Made by a program: the position numbers and the translations under genes. The notes under the pieces are model-generated. The model made no database searches. It was given only the letters and a program-made list of their open reading frames with translations, and had not been told where the DNA came from. DNA of 64,000 nucleotides, taken from a plasmid. This document shows positions 9,563 through 17,924 of this stretch, piece after piece. Every line of letters begins with the position of its first letter. The stretch's first letter is position 1. The DNA lies in sequence record NZ_CP085281.1. One strand, written 5' to 3'.

Positions 9563-10618
9563 ATGTTCTCGTCGGTTTCGCGCCTGGCGCGCATGGTCTG
9601 TTCGAAGGATCCGCGGGCGATGCCGTGGTCCTGCGGGAATGGGTACCGTCGATCGGTGGCGGCTGCGCGTTCGGTGGTGCGCCGGCGGTCGACGCCGGGG
9701 CCGATGTTGGCGACCTTGGGTCCGCCGCCGTTGGGTGACCGGTGGTCGGTGGAGTGGAAGTTTGATGGCCAGCGGGCCTCGGTGATCGTCACGGGTGACG
9801 AGGTGATTGTGTTCTCCCGCAACGGTTCTGACGTGTCTGGCACGTTCCCGGAGCTTTCTGCAGTCGGGGCGGCGGTCGGCGGGCGGTCCGTGGTGTTGGA
9901 CGGTGAAATCGTGGCGCTCGACGGGGACGGTCGGCCGTCGTTCACGCGGTTGCAGCGACGCTGGCCTCAGCAGCGTCGGCCGCGCGCGGAGCTGTTGCGG
10001 GCGGTTCCGGTGCGGTTGATGGCGTTCGACGTGTTGAGCGTCGATGGGCGTGACCTGACCGATGAGCCTCTTGAGCGGCGCCGTGAGGTGCTGGAGTCGT
10101 TGGTGGTCGAGGGGTCGTCGGTGTTGACGGTGCCGAAGGCGTTCGTCGGGGTGCCGGCGCCGGACATGCTGGCGGTAGCGGAAGAACACCTGATGGAGGG
10201 CATCGTCGCAAAGGCCCTGGACTCGCCGTACCGGGAAGGGCGCTCACCGTGGTGGGTGAAGAGCCCGGTCCGCCAGACCGCCGAGCTGGTGGTCGTCGCC
10301 TACGCCGGCCCACCCGGACAGGTCCGCGCATTGCTGTTAGCCGGGCACAACGAGGCCGGGTTCCTGGAGGTGGCCGGCCAAGTGGGCACCGGGTTCAGTG
10401 CAGCGATGCGCCGGCACCTGGGTGGGCTGTTGGCGCCAATTGAGCGTGACTCCCCCAGTGTGGCCAATGATGTTGGCGCGCAGGGATGGCGGTGGGTGGA
10501 GCCGCTGTACGTTGGGGAGGTCGCGTTTCGCGAATACGCTCCCGGGAGAGGTCTGCGGCACGCTTCGTGGAAGGGCTTGCGGGATGCGGATCCGATGACC
10601 GCGGCGCTCCCGACGTAG
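9563..10618 (+). CDS. ATP-dependent DNA ligase (LigC / LigD ligase-domain type)
   Basis: adenylation motif I 'KFDGQR', 'FDVL..DG.DL', C-terminal 'EGIVAK...SPY.EGRS..WVK'; ATG 9563 with GAGAGG RBS gives about 351 aa; the 5' ORF extension to 9347 overlaps yefM on the other strand and is rejected. Confidence 0.75.
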   Translation: MFSSVSRLARMVCSKDPRAMPWSCGNGYRRSVAAARSVVRRRSTPGPMLATLGPPPLGDRWSVEWKFDGQRASVIVTGDEVIVFSRNGSDVSGTFPELSAVGAAVGGRSVVLDGEIVALDGDGRPSFTRLQRRWPQQRRPRAELLRAVPVRLMAFDVLSVDGRDLTDEPLERRREVLESLVVEGSSVLTVPKAFVGVPAPDMLAVAEEHLMEGIVAKALDSPYREGRSPWWVKSPVRQTAELVVVAYAGPPGQVRALLLAGHNEAGFLEVAGQVGTGFSAAMRRHLGGLLAPIERDSPSVANDVGAQGWRWVEPLYVGEVAFREYAPGRGLRHASWKGLRDADPMTAALPT

Positions 10619-10668
10619 GTTGTGCGACGTGTCGTTAGATCGTAATTCCGTTGTCCTCGAACGTGTCT

Positions 10669-11355
10669 CTACGCTCGGCGTGAGTGGCCGAACTCTTCGA
10701 TGAGGTGGTCGACGAACAGTGGCACTTCTTGGGTGGCTGGGGCCTGCCAGACTTGGTCGAAGGGTCCGTTACCGGGTTCGATGTTGATTTCGATGGTGAC
10801 CGCGCCCGCGGATTTGGCGATCGCCGCGAATTGGTTCGCTGGGTACACCGTTCCGGAAGTGCCGACGGCGACGAAAATGTCGGCTGCGCTGAGCTTCTCG
10901 GTGACGTGATCGAGGCCGATCGTGCGTTCCCCGAACCACACGACGTGGGGGCGCCAGTGCCGGTCTGTCTCGGCGACGTCATGGCGCCAGTCAAGTATTT
11001 CACCTGTGTCGACATGGCGGATCTTTGACAGTTCACCGTGCATTGCAGTGATGCGAAGGCTCCCGGCGCGCTGATGCAAGTCGTCGATGTTCTGCGTGAC
11101 GAGATGGATCTGGTCTCCCAGCGCGCGTTCGAGCCGTGCCAGTGCGTGATGAGCTGCGTTGGGTTGGGCCTGGGCCATCTGTCGGCGCAGGCGGTTGTAG
11201 AAACGCTGCACCAGCTCCGGGTTGGCGGCGAACCCCTCGGGAGTGGCTACATCTTGGACTCGGTGGCCCTCCCACATGCCGGTCGGGCCGCGGAACGTCG
11301 GCAGTCCTGATTCGGCGCTGATGCCCGCGCCGGTCAGCACCACAATGCGGGGCAC
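10669..11355 (-). CDS. Sir2-family NAD-dependent protein deacylase-like (no Zn-ribbon cysteines)
   Basis: 228 aa; 'GAGISAESGLPTFRG', 'QNIDDLH', catalytic 'HG', 'VVWFGE' and 'VGTSG.VYP' motifs; no CxxC...CxxC zinc module seen. Confidence 0.8.
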   Translation of the reverse strand: MPRIVVLTGAGISAESGLPTFRGPTGMWEGHRVQDVATPEGFAANPELVQRFYNRLRRQMAQAQPNAAHHALARLERALGDQIHLVTQNIDDLHQRAGSLRITAMHGELSKIRHVDTGEILDWRHDVAETDRHWRPHVVWFGERTIGLDHVTEKLSAADIFVAVGTSGTVYPANQFAAIAKSAGAVTIEINIEPGNGPFDQVWQAPATQEVPLFVDHLIEEFGHSRRA

Positions 11356-11367
11356 GTGCGGATCGGT

Positions 11368-11745
11368 TCAGTTCTCGGTGGCCGTTGGGCGCAGTGGGCC
11401 GCGGACCGGCATCGCCATCATTAAGAGTCGCGTGACCGTGACCGCGAATAAGGTTTGGAGGGCCGCGCCGGCGATGACGATGATTACTTGGGCGCCGTAG
11501 GGGAAGTCGTTCAGTGATCCGGTGTTGGTACTGGTCGCTCCACCATTTGTCAGCTCGGTGACCGTGGTTGAAAGGTACGGGACTGCGATGGTGACGAAGC
11601 CGAAGGCCAAGAGGCCGGCGACCGCACCGATTACAGCTGCTAGGGGCACGGTACCCAGGTCGAGAAGCGCGGCGAGGAACTTCTCCCTAGGTGTGGCCCA
11701 GCGGTAGCCCGGCCCGGGATCGGGCAGATCCTGCTGTTTTCTCAT
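11368..11745 (-). CDS. small membrane protein
   Basis: 125 aa with 2-3 hydrophobic segments; ATG overlaps stop of upstream gene. Confidence 0.45.
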   Translation of the reverse strand: MRKQQDLPDPGPGYRWATPREKFLAALLDLGTVPLAAVIGAVAGLLAFGFVTIAVPYLSTTVTELTNGGATSTNTGSLNDFPYGAQVIIVIAGAALQTLFAVTVTRLLMMAMPVRGPLRPTATEN

Positions 11746-12038
11746 TGGTTCACCGTATCGCCGGCTGCCGCCGTTTCGCGGTCCGCGGGCACTGCATTTT
11801 CCCCGGTGCCTGGGGCTCTGCCATCGGCCTGGATATCGCGGTCGCGCGGGGCGTTGAGTTCGCGGACTTTGTCGCGGGCCGCTTGGTAGCCGTAGCGGAT
11901 GATCCGCCCGTTCGGGGCGTAATTCGTGGGCGCTGACCGGTGGTACTCGGTGATACCGCCGTCAATTCGCCAGACCACGAACGGGCGTGAGCTGGTTGGG
12001 TTGACGCACTGGGTGCGCCATCGGCCGTCACCGTTCAC
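11742..12038 (-). CDS. hypothetical protein
   Basis: 98 aa; GTG start preceded by strong AAGGAGGAG RBS. Confidence 0.45.
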   Translation of the reverse strand: MNGDGRWRTQCVNPTSSRPFVVWRIDGGITEYHRSAPTNYAPNGRIIRYGYQAARDKVRELNAPRDRDIQADGRAPGTGENAVPADRETAAAGDTVNQ

Positions 12039-12055
12039 TGTGCTCCTCCTTGGCT

Positions 12056-12934
12056 TCAGGCGGGGATTCCGTTGTCGCGGATCCAGGTTTGCAGGCCGGG
12101 CAGCAGGTAGTCGACGTTGATTTCGCCTCGCTGCTTGAGTTCACGCAGGGTCTTGCGGGCGGTGGCGGCGAACTTCTTGTCGGCCCGGGCGCGGTAGTCG
12201 ACCAGGGCGGCGTCCTTGTCGATGCCCTGCTTGGCGGCCAGGGCGGTGACCGCGGCGTCGACGGTGTGCTGCCATTCGGCGGCGGCGGGGTGATCCTCGC
12301 CGTACCAGTGCAGGTTTCCCAGGGCGGTGGCGATCGCGTTGGATGCGGCGCGTTCGGTCTTGTAGAGCGTCTTGCCGGTGTGGGGGTCGAGGACGGCGGC
12401 CGCGGCGCGTTGCGCGTTCTTGGCGGCCTTGTCGGCCGCGCGCTGTTGGCGTTCGATGTCGCTCGGCCGGCGGATCTCTCCGACTCGGCTGAGCACCTCA
12501 ACTGGCGCACTCGGATAGCAAGTGGTGCAGGCGATTTCACCGGCTGCGTAGACGATGTGTTCTTCGTCTTTGCCGCTGTAGTCGGTCAGCCATGCGTAGC
12601 GAGTGGTGGGATAGCAGGTGGAGCAGTTCGTGCTGCTGTGGACGTGGCCGCCCGCGTTTTGGACGAGGAAGGCCCGGGTCCAGCCGCCGCGGCGGTTGAA
12701 CTCGTCGTTGTAGGGCTTGATCTGGTCGGCGATCGCAGCGATCTGTGGGGTGTATTCGTCGGCTCGGGCTTCGAAGCTGGCAGCGCGGGCCTCGTCGGGG
12801 AATCGGCCGGTGCGGGCGTGATGCGCTGCGGTGCGCAGGCTTTCGGCGCGGGTGATGAGTGTGGCGCGCTGGATGCTGAGGTCGTTGAGGATGGCGTCGA
12901 TTTCGGGTGGGGTCATGGTGGTGAGGTCGGTCAT
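12056..12934 (-). CDS. hypothetical Cys-cluster protein
   Basis: 292 aa starting MTDLTTMTPPEID (TGATG overlap with upstream gene); 'HVHSSTNCSTCYP...ACTTCYP' paired-Cys motifs suggest a metal-binding domain. Confidence 0.5.
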   Translation of the reverse strand: MTDLTTMTPPEIDAILNDLSIQRATLITRAESLRTAAHHARTGRFPDEARAASFEARADEYTPQIAAIADQIKPYNDEFNRRGGWTRAFLVQNAGGHVHSSTNCSTCYPTTRYAWLTDYSGKDEEHIVYAAGEIACTTCYPSAPVEVLSRVGEIRRPSDIERQQRAADKAAKNAQRAAAAVLDPHTGKTLYKTERAASNAIATALGNLHWYGEDHPAAAEWQHTVDAAVTALAAKQGIDKDAALVDYRARADKKFAATARKTLRELKQRGEINVDYLLPGLQTWIRDNGIPA

Positions 12935-13173
12935 CAGAAGGTTTCTCCGTAGGTGTTGCCTTGGAGGGCGTTGGCGATGGCGCTGGAGATGACGGCGACT
13001 TGGTGGCAGGTGATGGTGCCGGCTTGCAGGTCGATGAGTTCGATGATGGCGTTGCGGGCGACGATCTTGGCGGTGTCGTCGAAGGCGTCGAGGCGGCTGG
13101 TGGCGTCCTCGATTGCTTCGCCGGCGTAGAGGTAGTCCCCGGCTTTGAAGGGGACGGAAGGCGTTCTGGGCAT
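12934..13173 (-). CDS. small hypothetical protein
   Basis: 79-aa ORF tightly packed between flanking minus-strand genes. Confidence 0.4.
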   Translation of the reverse strand: MPRTPSVPFKAGDYLYAGEAIEDATSRLDAFDDTAKIVARNAIIELIDLQAGTITCHQVAVISSAIANALQGNTYGETF

Positions 13174-13191
13174 GGGGGCTTTCTCCTTGGG

Positions 13192-13587
13192 TTAGGCGGC
13201 GTCGGGTTCGGCGTCGGCGGGTGGGTAGTCGCCGTAGATGCCGCGTTCGTCTCCTTCGGCGGCGAGGGCGTTTTCTCGGTCGGCGTTGGCGGCGAGGCGG
13301 GCGTTGCGGCGGTGGATCCAGCGGATGCCCCAGGCGGTTGCGGCGGCCAGGGCCAGGGTGGGGGCCAGCCATTCCCACTGCCAGATCATGCAGGCGATCC
13401 AGAACACGATGAGGGTGGTCCAGGCGGGGTGGCGCTGTGCCCAGTCCTTGGCGGGTGGGGCGGCTACGGGGACTGCGATGACGGTGGGTGCGGCCAGCGC
13501 GTCGGTCCATTCGTGGCCGTCCCAATAGCGTTGCTGCGCTGCGCCGGTGGGGTCGGGGTACCAGCCTGCGGGTGGGTGGGTGGTCAT
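13192..13587 (-). CDS. DUF2510-like membrane protein
   Basis: N-terminal 'GWYPDPTG...QRYWDG.EWT' motif followed by two TM segments; first gene of six-gene minus-strand operon. Confidence 0.55.
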   Translation of the reverse strand: MTTHPPAGWYPDPTGAAQQRYWDGHEWTDALAAPTVIAVPVAAPPAKDWAQRHPAWTTLIVFWIACMIWQWEWLAPTLALAAATAWGIRWIHRRNARLAANADRENALAAEGDERGIYGDYPPADAEPDAA

Positions 13588-13631
13588 GGTGTTCTCCTCC
13601 CGTTGGGTCGTGCGACCGTCTCTGCGTCTGA

Positions 13632-13664
13632 GTGTATACGAGTATGCCGTTTTTTGGTATAGTC
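13632..13664 (+). promoter_or_regulatory. promoter/operator-like motif GTGTATACGAGTATGCCGTTTTTTGGTATAGTC
   Basis: palindromic TGTATACA-like half plus TATAGT -10 hexamer; near-identical copy at 20913..20946; lies in divergent intergenic region upstream of 13773 (+). Confidence 0.45.
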
Positions 13665-13772
13665 ATATCTACACGGAGGTTGTCGCGGCAGCGCATGACA
13701 CTGTGATGCAGCGTGCAGACCCGTGCGCAGCTCGCGCGCATCCGCGTGCGGAACGGATGAAGGAGACAAGGC

Positions 13773-14156
13773 GTGAGGGTGATTCTTCGGACGCCGGCCG
13801 AACTGGTCGCCGAGTACGACCTTCCCGACGTGGACAGCGGGGCGAGCGACGAGGAGATCCTGGCGGCCGCGGCCGCGGCCGAGCCGATTCGGCGATCCGA
13901 GCCCGAGGTCGTCGGTGAGACCTATGTCTACGCCCGCGGGTTGGATGACTTGGCGCAGCAGGGACGGCGCCTGATTCAGGCTGACTCGCGGCTCGACAGC
14001 GAGAAGAAGGCCGCCCAGCAGCTGGCGCGGCGGTACCTGGCGCAGGGCCGCAGCAAGCGCGACATCGCCCAGACACTGCACATCACGCGCAAGACGTTGG
14101 ACGCCTGGTTGGGCGACACTGAACCGCGCGAGCCCGCGCGAAGTGATGAATCATGA
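13773..14156 (+). CDS. hypothetical protein with C-terminal HTH
   Basis: 127 aa; 'RSKRDIAQTLHITRKTLDAWL' HTH-like. Confidence 0.45.
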   Translation: MRVILRTPAELVAEYDLPDVDSGASDEEILAAAAAAEPIRRSEPEVVGETYVYARGLDDLAQQGRRLIQADSRLDSEKKAAQQLARRYLAQGRSKRDIAQTLHITRKTLDAWLGDTEPREPARSDES

Positions 14157-14230
14157 CCGGGCCGTGGCAGCACCGATACCACCGGTTGAGCTGGACCAAT
14201 CGCACGTCCCCGCGTTGCTACTATCGCTGC

Positions 14231-14896
14231 ATGGCCGACGGGCAGGTGTGGGGCCGGCTGCGTGAGGTGGCTGCCGGCCAATTCGGCCTGTTCACCGCAG
14301 CCCAGGCCCGCCAGCATGGAGTGGCCCGCTACGAGCTGACCCGCCGGATCGACTCCGGGGAGCTGTTTCGGGCCCACCACGGTGTGTACGGGTTCACCGC
14401 GGACTCCGCGACGATGTTCGCGTTCGAGGACTGGGCTGCGCAGTGGCTGGCCTTGCGTCCGGAGGCGGACATCGAGCAGCGGCGAGCCGATCCGGATTGC
14501 GTCATCAGTCACGACAGCGCGGCGGTGATCCAGGAGTTGGGCACGATCGTGGCCCGGGGCTTGTTCTTGACCGGGCCGCGGCGCATCAACGCCCGCTCGG
14601 CGCGGGTGCACGCCTATCGCCGCGATATCGGTGAGCGTGGTGTCGACTGGGACGTAGTGAAGGGTCTTCCGGTGTCCACTCCGGGGCGGATCATCGCCGA
14701 CCTGGCCCGTGATGATCTCGATGGTGCCCATCAGGGTGCGGTGATCGCCGACGTTCTCGACGAGGGCCTGCTGACCCTGGACGAGGTGGGTGCTCGCCTG
14801 GATCCGTTCGCGCACCGGTGGGGTGAGTCCGGCGGGGCGGAGTTGGCGCGGCGTTTCCTGGCTGACGCTGGGCGTGCGCTGCCGCTGTCGGTATAG
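14231..14896 (+). CDS. abiEi: AbiEi-like antitoxin / transcriptional regulator (type IV TA)
   Basis: N-terminal 'GLFTAAQARQHGVARYELTRRIDSGELFRAHHGVYGF' winged-helix typical of AbiEi; immediately upstream of a nucleotidyltransferase gene. Confidence 0.7.
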   Translation: MADGQVWGRLREVAAGQFGLFTAAQARQHGVARYELTRRIDSGELFRAHHGVYGFTADSATMFAFEDWAAQWLALRPEADIEQRRADPDCVISHDSAAVIQELGTIVARGLFLTGPRRINARSARVHAYRRDIGERGVDWDVVKGLPVSTPGRIIADLARDDLDGAHQGAVIADVLDEGLLTLDEVGARLDPFAHRWGESGGAELARRFLADAGRALPLSV

Positions 14897-14905
14897 CGCA
14901 GGAGC

Positions 14906-15934
14906 ATGTGCAAGGCCAGCAATGAGCCCGGTGGGCCGAAGCGATGCTCGGCCGACATGCGGGCGCGGGCGCAGGAGTCCCACGACCGGGTCGCGGCGTT
15001 GGAGCAGCGGCAGCGTGAGATCGAGGAGATGCTCGATGCGCGCCGCACCTACGGTTCGGAGGGGGCGTTTCGGGCGGCGCTCAATGCGCGGATCCGCGAT
15101 ATCGCGCGGCGCAGCGGCAGTGATTCTGCTGAGATTGCGCGGCGGTTTGCGTTGCAGCAGTTCGTGTCCCGGCTTTTCGATCGTGATCCGGAGTCGTGGT
15201 TGGTGACCGGCGGGACGGCATTGCAGTTTCGGACGACGGAGGCGCGGGCGACCGCGGACCTGGATCTGGCGGTGACCCGCGGGGTGGAGGACTTGACGGA
15301 GGCACTGACTGCGGCGGCGAGCCGGCGGGCTGGGGAGCACGGTGAGTTCGTGGTGGCGGTGAGTCCCGGTAGTGGTCCTGGTGCGTTCACCGGGAAGATC
15401 ACCTACATGCTGGGGGGCTCGCGGTTCGCGGTGGCCAAGTTGGATGTTGCTGCGGGGCGGGCGTTTCCGTTCGAGCCGGACACGTTGGTTCCTGATCCGG
15501 TTGTGCCGATCGATGATGTGCGGCCGATGTCGAGAGTCCGTACGTATGCGGTGGCCTCGCACCTGGCCGACAAGGTCGCCGCGATGTATGAGGTGCATGG
15601 CAGCAGCGGTGCGTCCCCGTCGACGCGTTCGCATGACCTGGCCGACATCGTGATCCTGTCGCGGTGTGCGCGGGTCGACGCCGAGGAGTTGCGGGGTGCG
15701 GTGCGCCAGCAGGAGCAGCGCCGTGGGGTCATGGTGCCCACTCCCCTGACGCTGCCTTCTGAGCAGTGGCGGCGCAGCTATCCGTCTCGGGTGGCTGATG
15801 CGGGGTTGCCGGCCGAGCTGCGCGACGCTGATGCGGCGCTGGCTGAGGCCGACCGGTTCGTCGGCGCGGTCCTCGATGGCCGGATTTCATCGGGCACGTG
15901 GGATCCCGATCGCCGATCCTGGACACCGAAATAG
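14906..15934 (+). CDS. abiEii: AbiEii/AbiGii-family nucleotidyltransferase toxin (DUF1814)
   Basis: 342 aa; 'LVTGGTALQF...ATADLDLAV' NTase-fold motif (G[GS]x9-13DxD) and C-terminal 'HDLADIV' typical of AbiEii. Confidence 0.8.
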   Translation: MCKASNEPGGPKRCSADMRARAQESHDRVAALEQRQREIEEMLDARRTYGSEGAFRAALNARIRDIARRSGSDSAEIARRFALQQFVSRLFDRDPESWLVTGGTALQFRTTEARATADLDLAVTRGVEDLTEALTAAASRRAGEHGEFVVAVSPGSGPGAFTGKITYMLGGSRFAVAKLDVAAGRAFPFEPDTLVPDPVVPIDDVRPMSRVRTYAVASHLADKVAAMYEVHGSSGASPSTRSHDLADIVILSRCARVDAEELRGAVRQQEQRRGVMVPTPLTLPSEQWRRSYPSRVADAGLPAELRDADAALAEADRFVGAVLDGRISSGTWDPDRRSWTPK

Positions 15935-15942
15935 CCGCTCAC

Positions 15943-15970
15943 CTCGGCCAATGACACGTCCCCGCAGGCG
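15943..15970 (-). repeat. 28-bp repeat copy c (reads GGCCAATGACACGTCCCCGCAGG on + strand), 3' of abiEii
   Basis: inverted copy 9 nt after abiEii stop. Confidence 0.55.
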
Positions 15971-16048
15971 CCGTCCGTCCGTCCGCCGCGCCGGCCCGGG
16001 GGCGGGGTCGGCAATATTGCAGCGGTTTTCCTACACCGGCGGTGTGGG

Positions 16049-16795
16049 TCAGAGGAAGTCGCCGCCGTCGCGGATCCGCTGGCGCAGCGGGTCCAGCGCC
16101 ACCTCGATGACGTAGTCGTCGTCGCCGAAGAAGCGCTGGCGATAGTTCTGCAGCGCCGTTTCCAGGGCGTGGCGGTTGGCGTGCTGGCCGAGGAACTGCG
16201 GACGCGCCGTGAGCGGCACCAGCCCGGTGGTCAGCCAGTACTTGTTGAGGCGTTCGACGGACTCCAGCTGCTCGACCGACGGGGCGAGATCGGCTTCGGC
16301 GTCCCAGTGCGGATGCATGAGGATCAGCCCGTTGGTGGTCGGGATCATGGTGTCGATGCACTGACATAGTGCCCACGCGCCGATTCGGTGGCCTTGGAGT
16401 GCGGGGTCGACGTCGAGCCACAGCGGCAGCATGACGACTTCTACGCAGTCGGAGAACTGTTGTGCCAGTTCAGGTCCGATGCGGTGATCGTCGAAGAGTG
16501 GGGCGAAACGGTCGGTGCGCAGGTTGTGGTACTGCTCGCGGTTGAGCAGCTCCTGGGCCAGGCCGTCGACGCCGGTGCGGACCATCACGAAGTGCAGGCG
16601 GCCGACGAGGACGTTGGGGTCGCCGAGCCGGGATTCGAGATGGGTCATCAGGATGTCGGCGCGCCAGAGCACTGTTGCGTGGCTGTCGTACACGGTGTCG
16701 GCGGTTTCCAGGTGCAGTGACGGCGCGAACATGCCGATGGTGGGCAGGTCGGGGGCGAGGGACTTCACGAACTCGTCGAGGGCGATTATCGCCAT
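16049..16795 (-). CDS. hypothetical protein
   Basis: 248-aa ORF with balanced composition; convergent with abiEii. Confidence 0.45.
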   Translation of the reverse strand: MAIIALDEFVKSLAPDLPTIGMFAPSLHLETADTVYDSHATVLWRADILMTHLESRLGDPNVLVGRLHFVMVRTGVDGLAQELLNREQYHNLRTDRFAPLFDDHRIGPELAQQFSDCVEVVMLPLWLDVDPALQGHRIGAWALCQCIDTMIPTTNGLILMHPHWDAEADLAPSVEQLESVERLNKYWLTTGLVPLTARPQFLGQHANRHALETALQNYRQRFFGDDDYVIEVALDPLRQRIRDGGDFL

Positions 16796-16872
16796 GGGTG
16801 TCTCCCTCTACGTGACTGTGGCGCCGGCACGGTCTCGCGTGGGGACCTAAGTGTGCTTGTCCATGACATTGG

Positions 16873-17871
16873 TTATGCAAGGTCGGTGCGCGCGCCTTGC
16901 CGGCGTTGCACCTGTTGCACTTTGGCGGCGGGGTACCCGCTGATGCGGGTGATGCCGCGGTCGGCCATGATGGCGCGGGCTCGGGATTGGCTGCAGCCAA
17001 GGAACTCGGCGACTTTCTCGATGGGCCACACCTCATCCATGCGGATGGCCATGTCGCTGTTGCCGTTATGTGCAGCCTGGCGCCAGGTACGGCGCAGTGT
17101 TCGCATACGACCTCGATTCGATCTGACTTCGTCGACGTCGGAGTAGGCCGTCGGGAGAAATGGTGTGTCGCCGAGGGACCATGCGTGCAAGCGTCGGCCG
17201 CGGCCGTGTAGACCTTGCACGGAGCTATGCCCGGGCAGCAGCCGCGTGGTGCGTTCGTCGGTGTCCTGAAGGAATTCTGCGGACGTCGACGGTGGCAGGA
17301 ACAGCGCGAGCTGCGATGAGCCGAAGAGTGGCGGAAGTTCGTCTCGGCGGAATGGAATGGTCGCGAGCCAGCAGCGGTAGTGCAACGGATAAAGCGCCGC
17401 TGTGCGGTCGTATTCACCGAATTCGCTTTCCCCGAACGAGCGCTCCGATACGTAAGCTGAGCGGCCCGCGTCCCGTTCCCAACGGTCCAGCCAGAGCGTG
17501 TAGAAGTCCACGGGTACCCGAACTGCTCCGATCGAGGCGAGGAACACGGCCCGAAGTGTGTTGAGCCTGTTCATCAGTTCAAAGTCCCGATCGCGGTTGG
17601 GGCCAGGCGCACGGCGTAGTTGCTCGATCGTGGCGGAGTCTTCGATGATGCGGAGACGCTCGGTGCGTAGCTGAGCAGGATCGGCGGCGCTCACAACCTG
17701 GGCGATCTGTTCTGGGCTGTTCTGGCGGGGATCGAGGCTGCCGCAGGAGGTGCAGGTTCCCTCAGGCAGGTCCGTCTGAACCGGCACGTGGTCTGCGGGT
17801 AACACAGTTCCGCAGACCACGCACAACCGCCTCACTGCGTCGAGCGTGAGCATGGTCAACGCGCTTGTCAT
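16873..17871 (-). CDS. hypothetical protein with N-terminal zinc-ribbon and C-terminal HTH
   Basis: 'CVVCGT...CTSCGS' N-terminal and 'VAEFLGCSQSRARAIMADRGITRI' C-terminal. Confidence 0.45.
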   Translation of the reverse strand: MTSALTMLTLDAVRRLCVVCGTVLPADHVPVQTDLPEGTCTSCGSLDPRQNSPEQIAQVVSAADPAQLRTERLRIIEDSATIEQLRRAPGPNRDRDFELMNRLNTLRAVFLASIGAVRVPVDFYTLWLDRWERDAGRSAYVSERSFGESEFGEYDRTAALYPLHYRCWLATIPFRRDELPPLFGSSQLALFLPPSTSAEFLQDTDERTTRLLPGHSSVQGLHGRGRRLHAWSLGDTPFLPTAYSDVDEVRSNRGRMRTLRRTWRQAAHNGNSDMAIRMDEVWPIEKVAEFLGCSQSRARAIMADRGITRISGYPAAKVQQVQRRQGARTDLA

Positions 17872-17924
17872 GCTCCCGACACTAGCCGACTTACGAGCGT
17901 TTTGCTCGTATGTTGTGGGTTGGA

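Noticed and set aside
12050-13662. Long + strand Gly/Val/Asp-rich ORFs (12050..12952, 12961..13662) antisense to the sirtuin operon
   Set aside because: They have low-complexity GC-frame composition, and the minus-strand genes have RBSs and recognisable domains.
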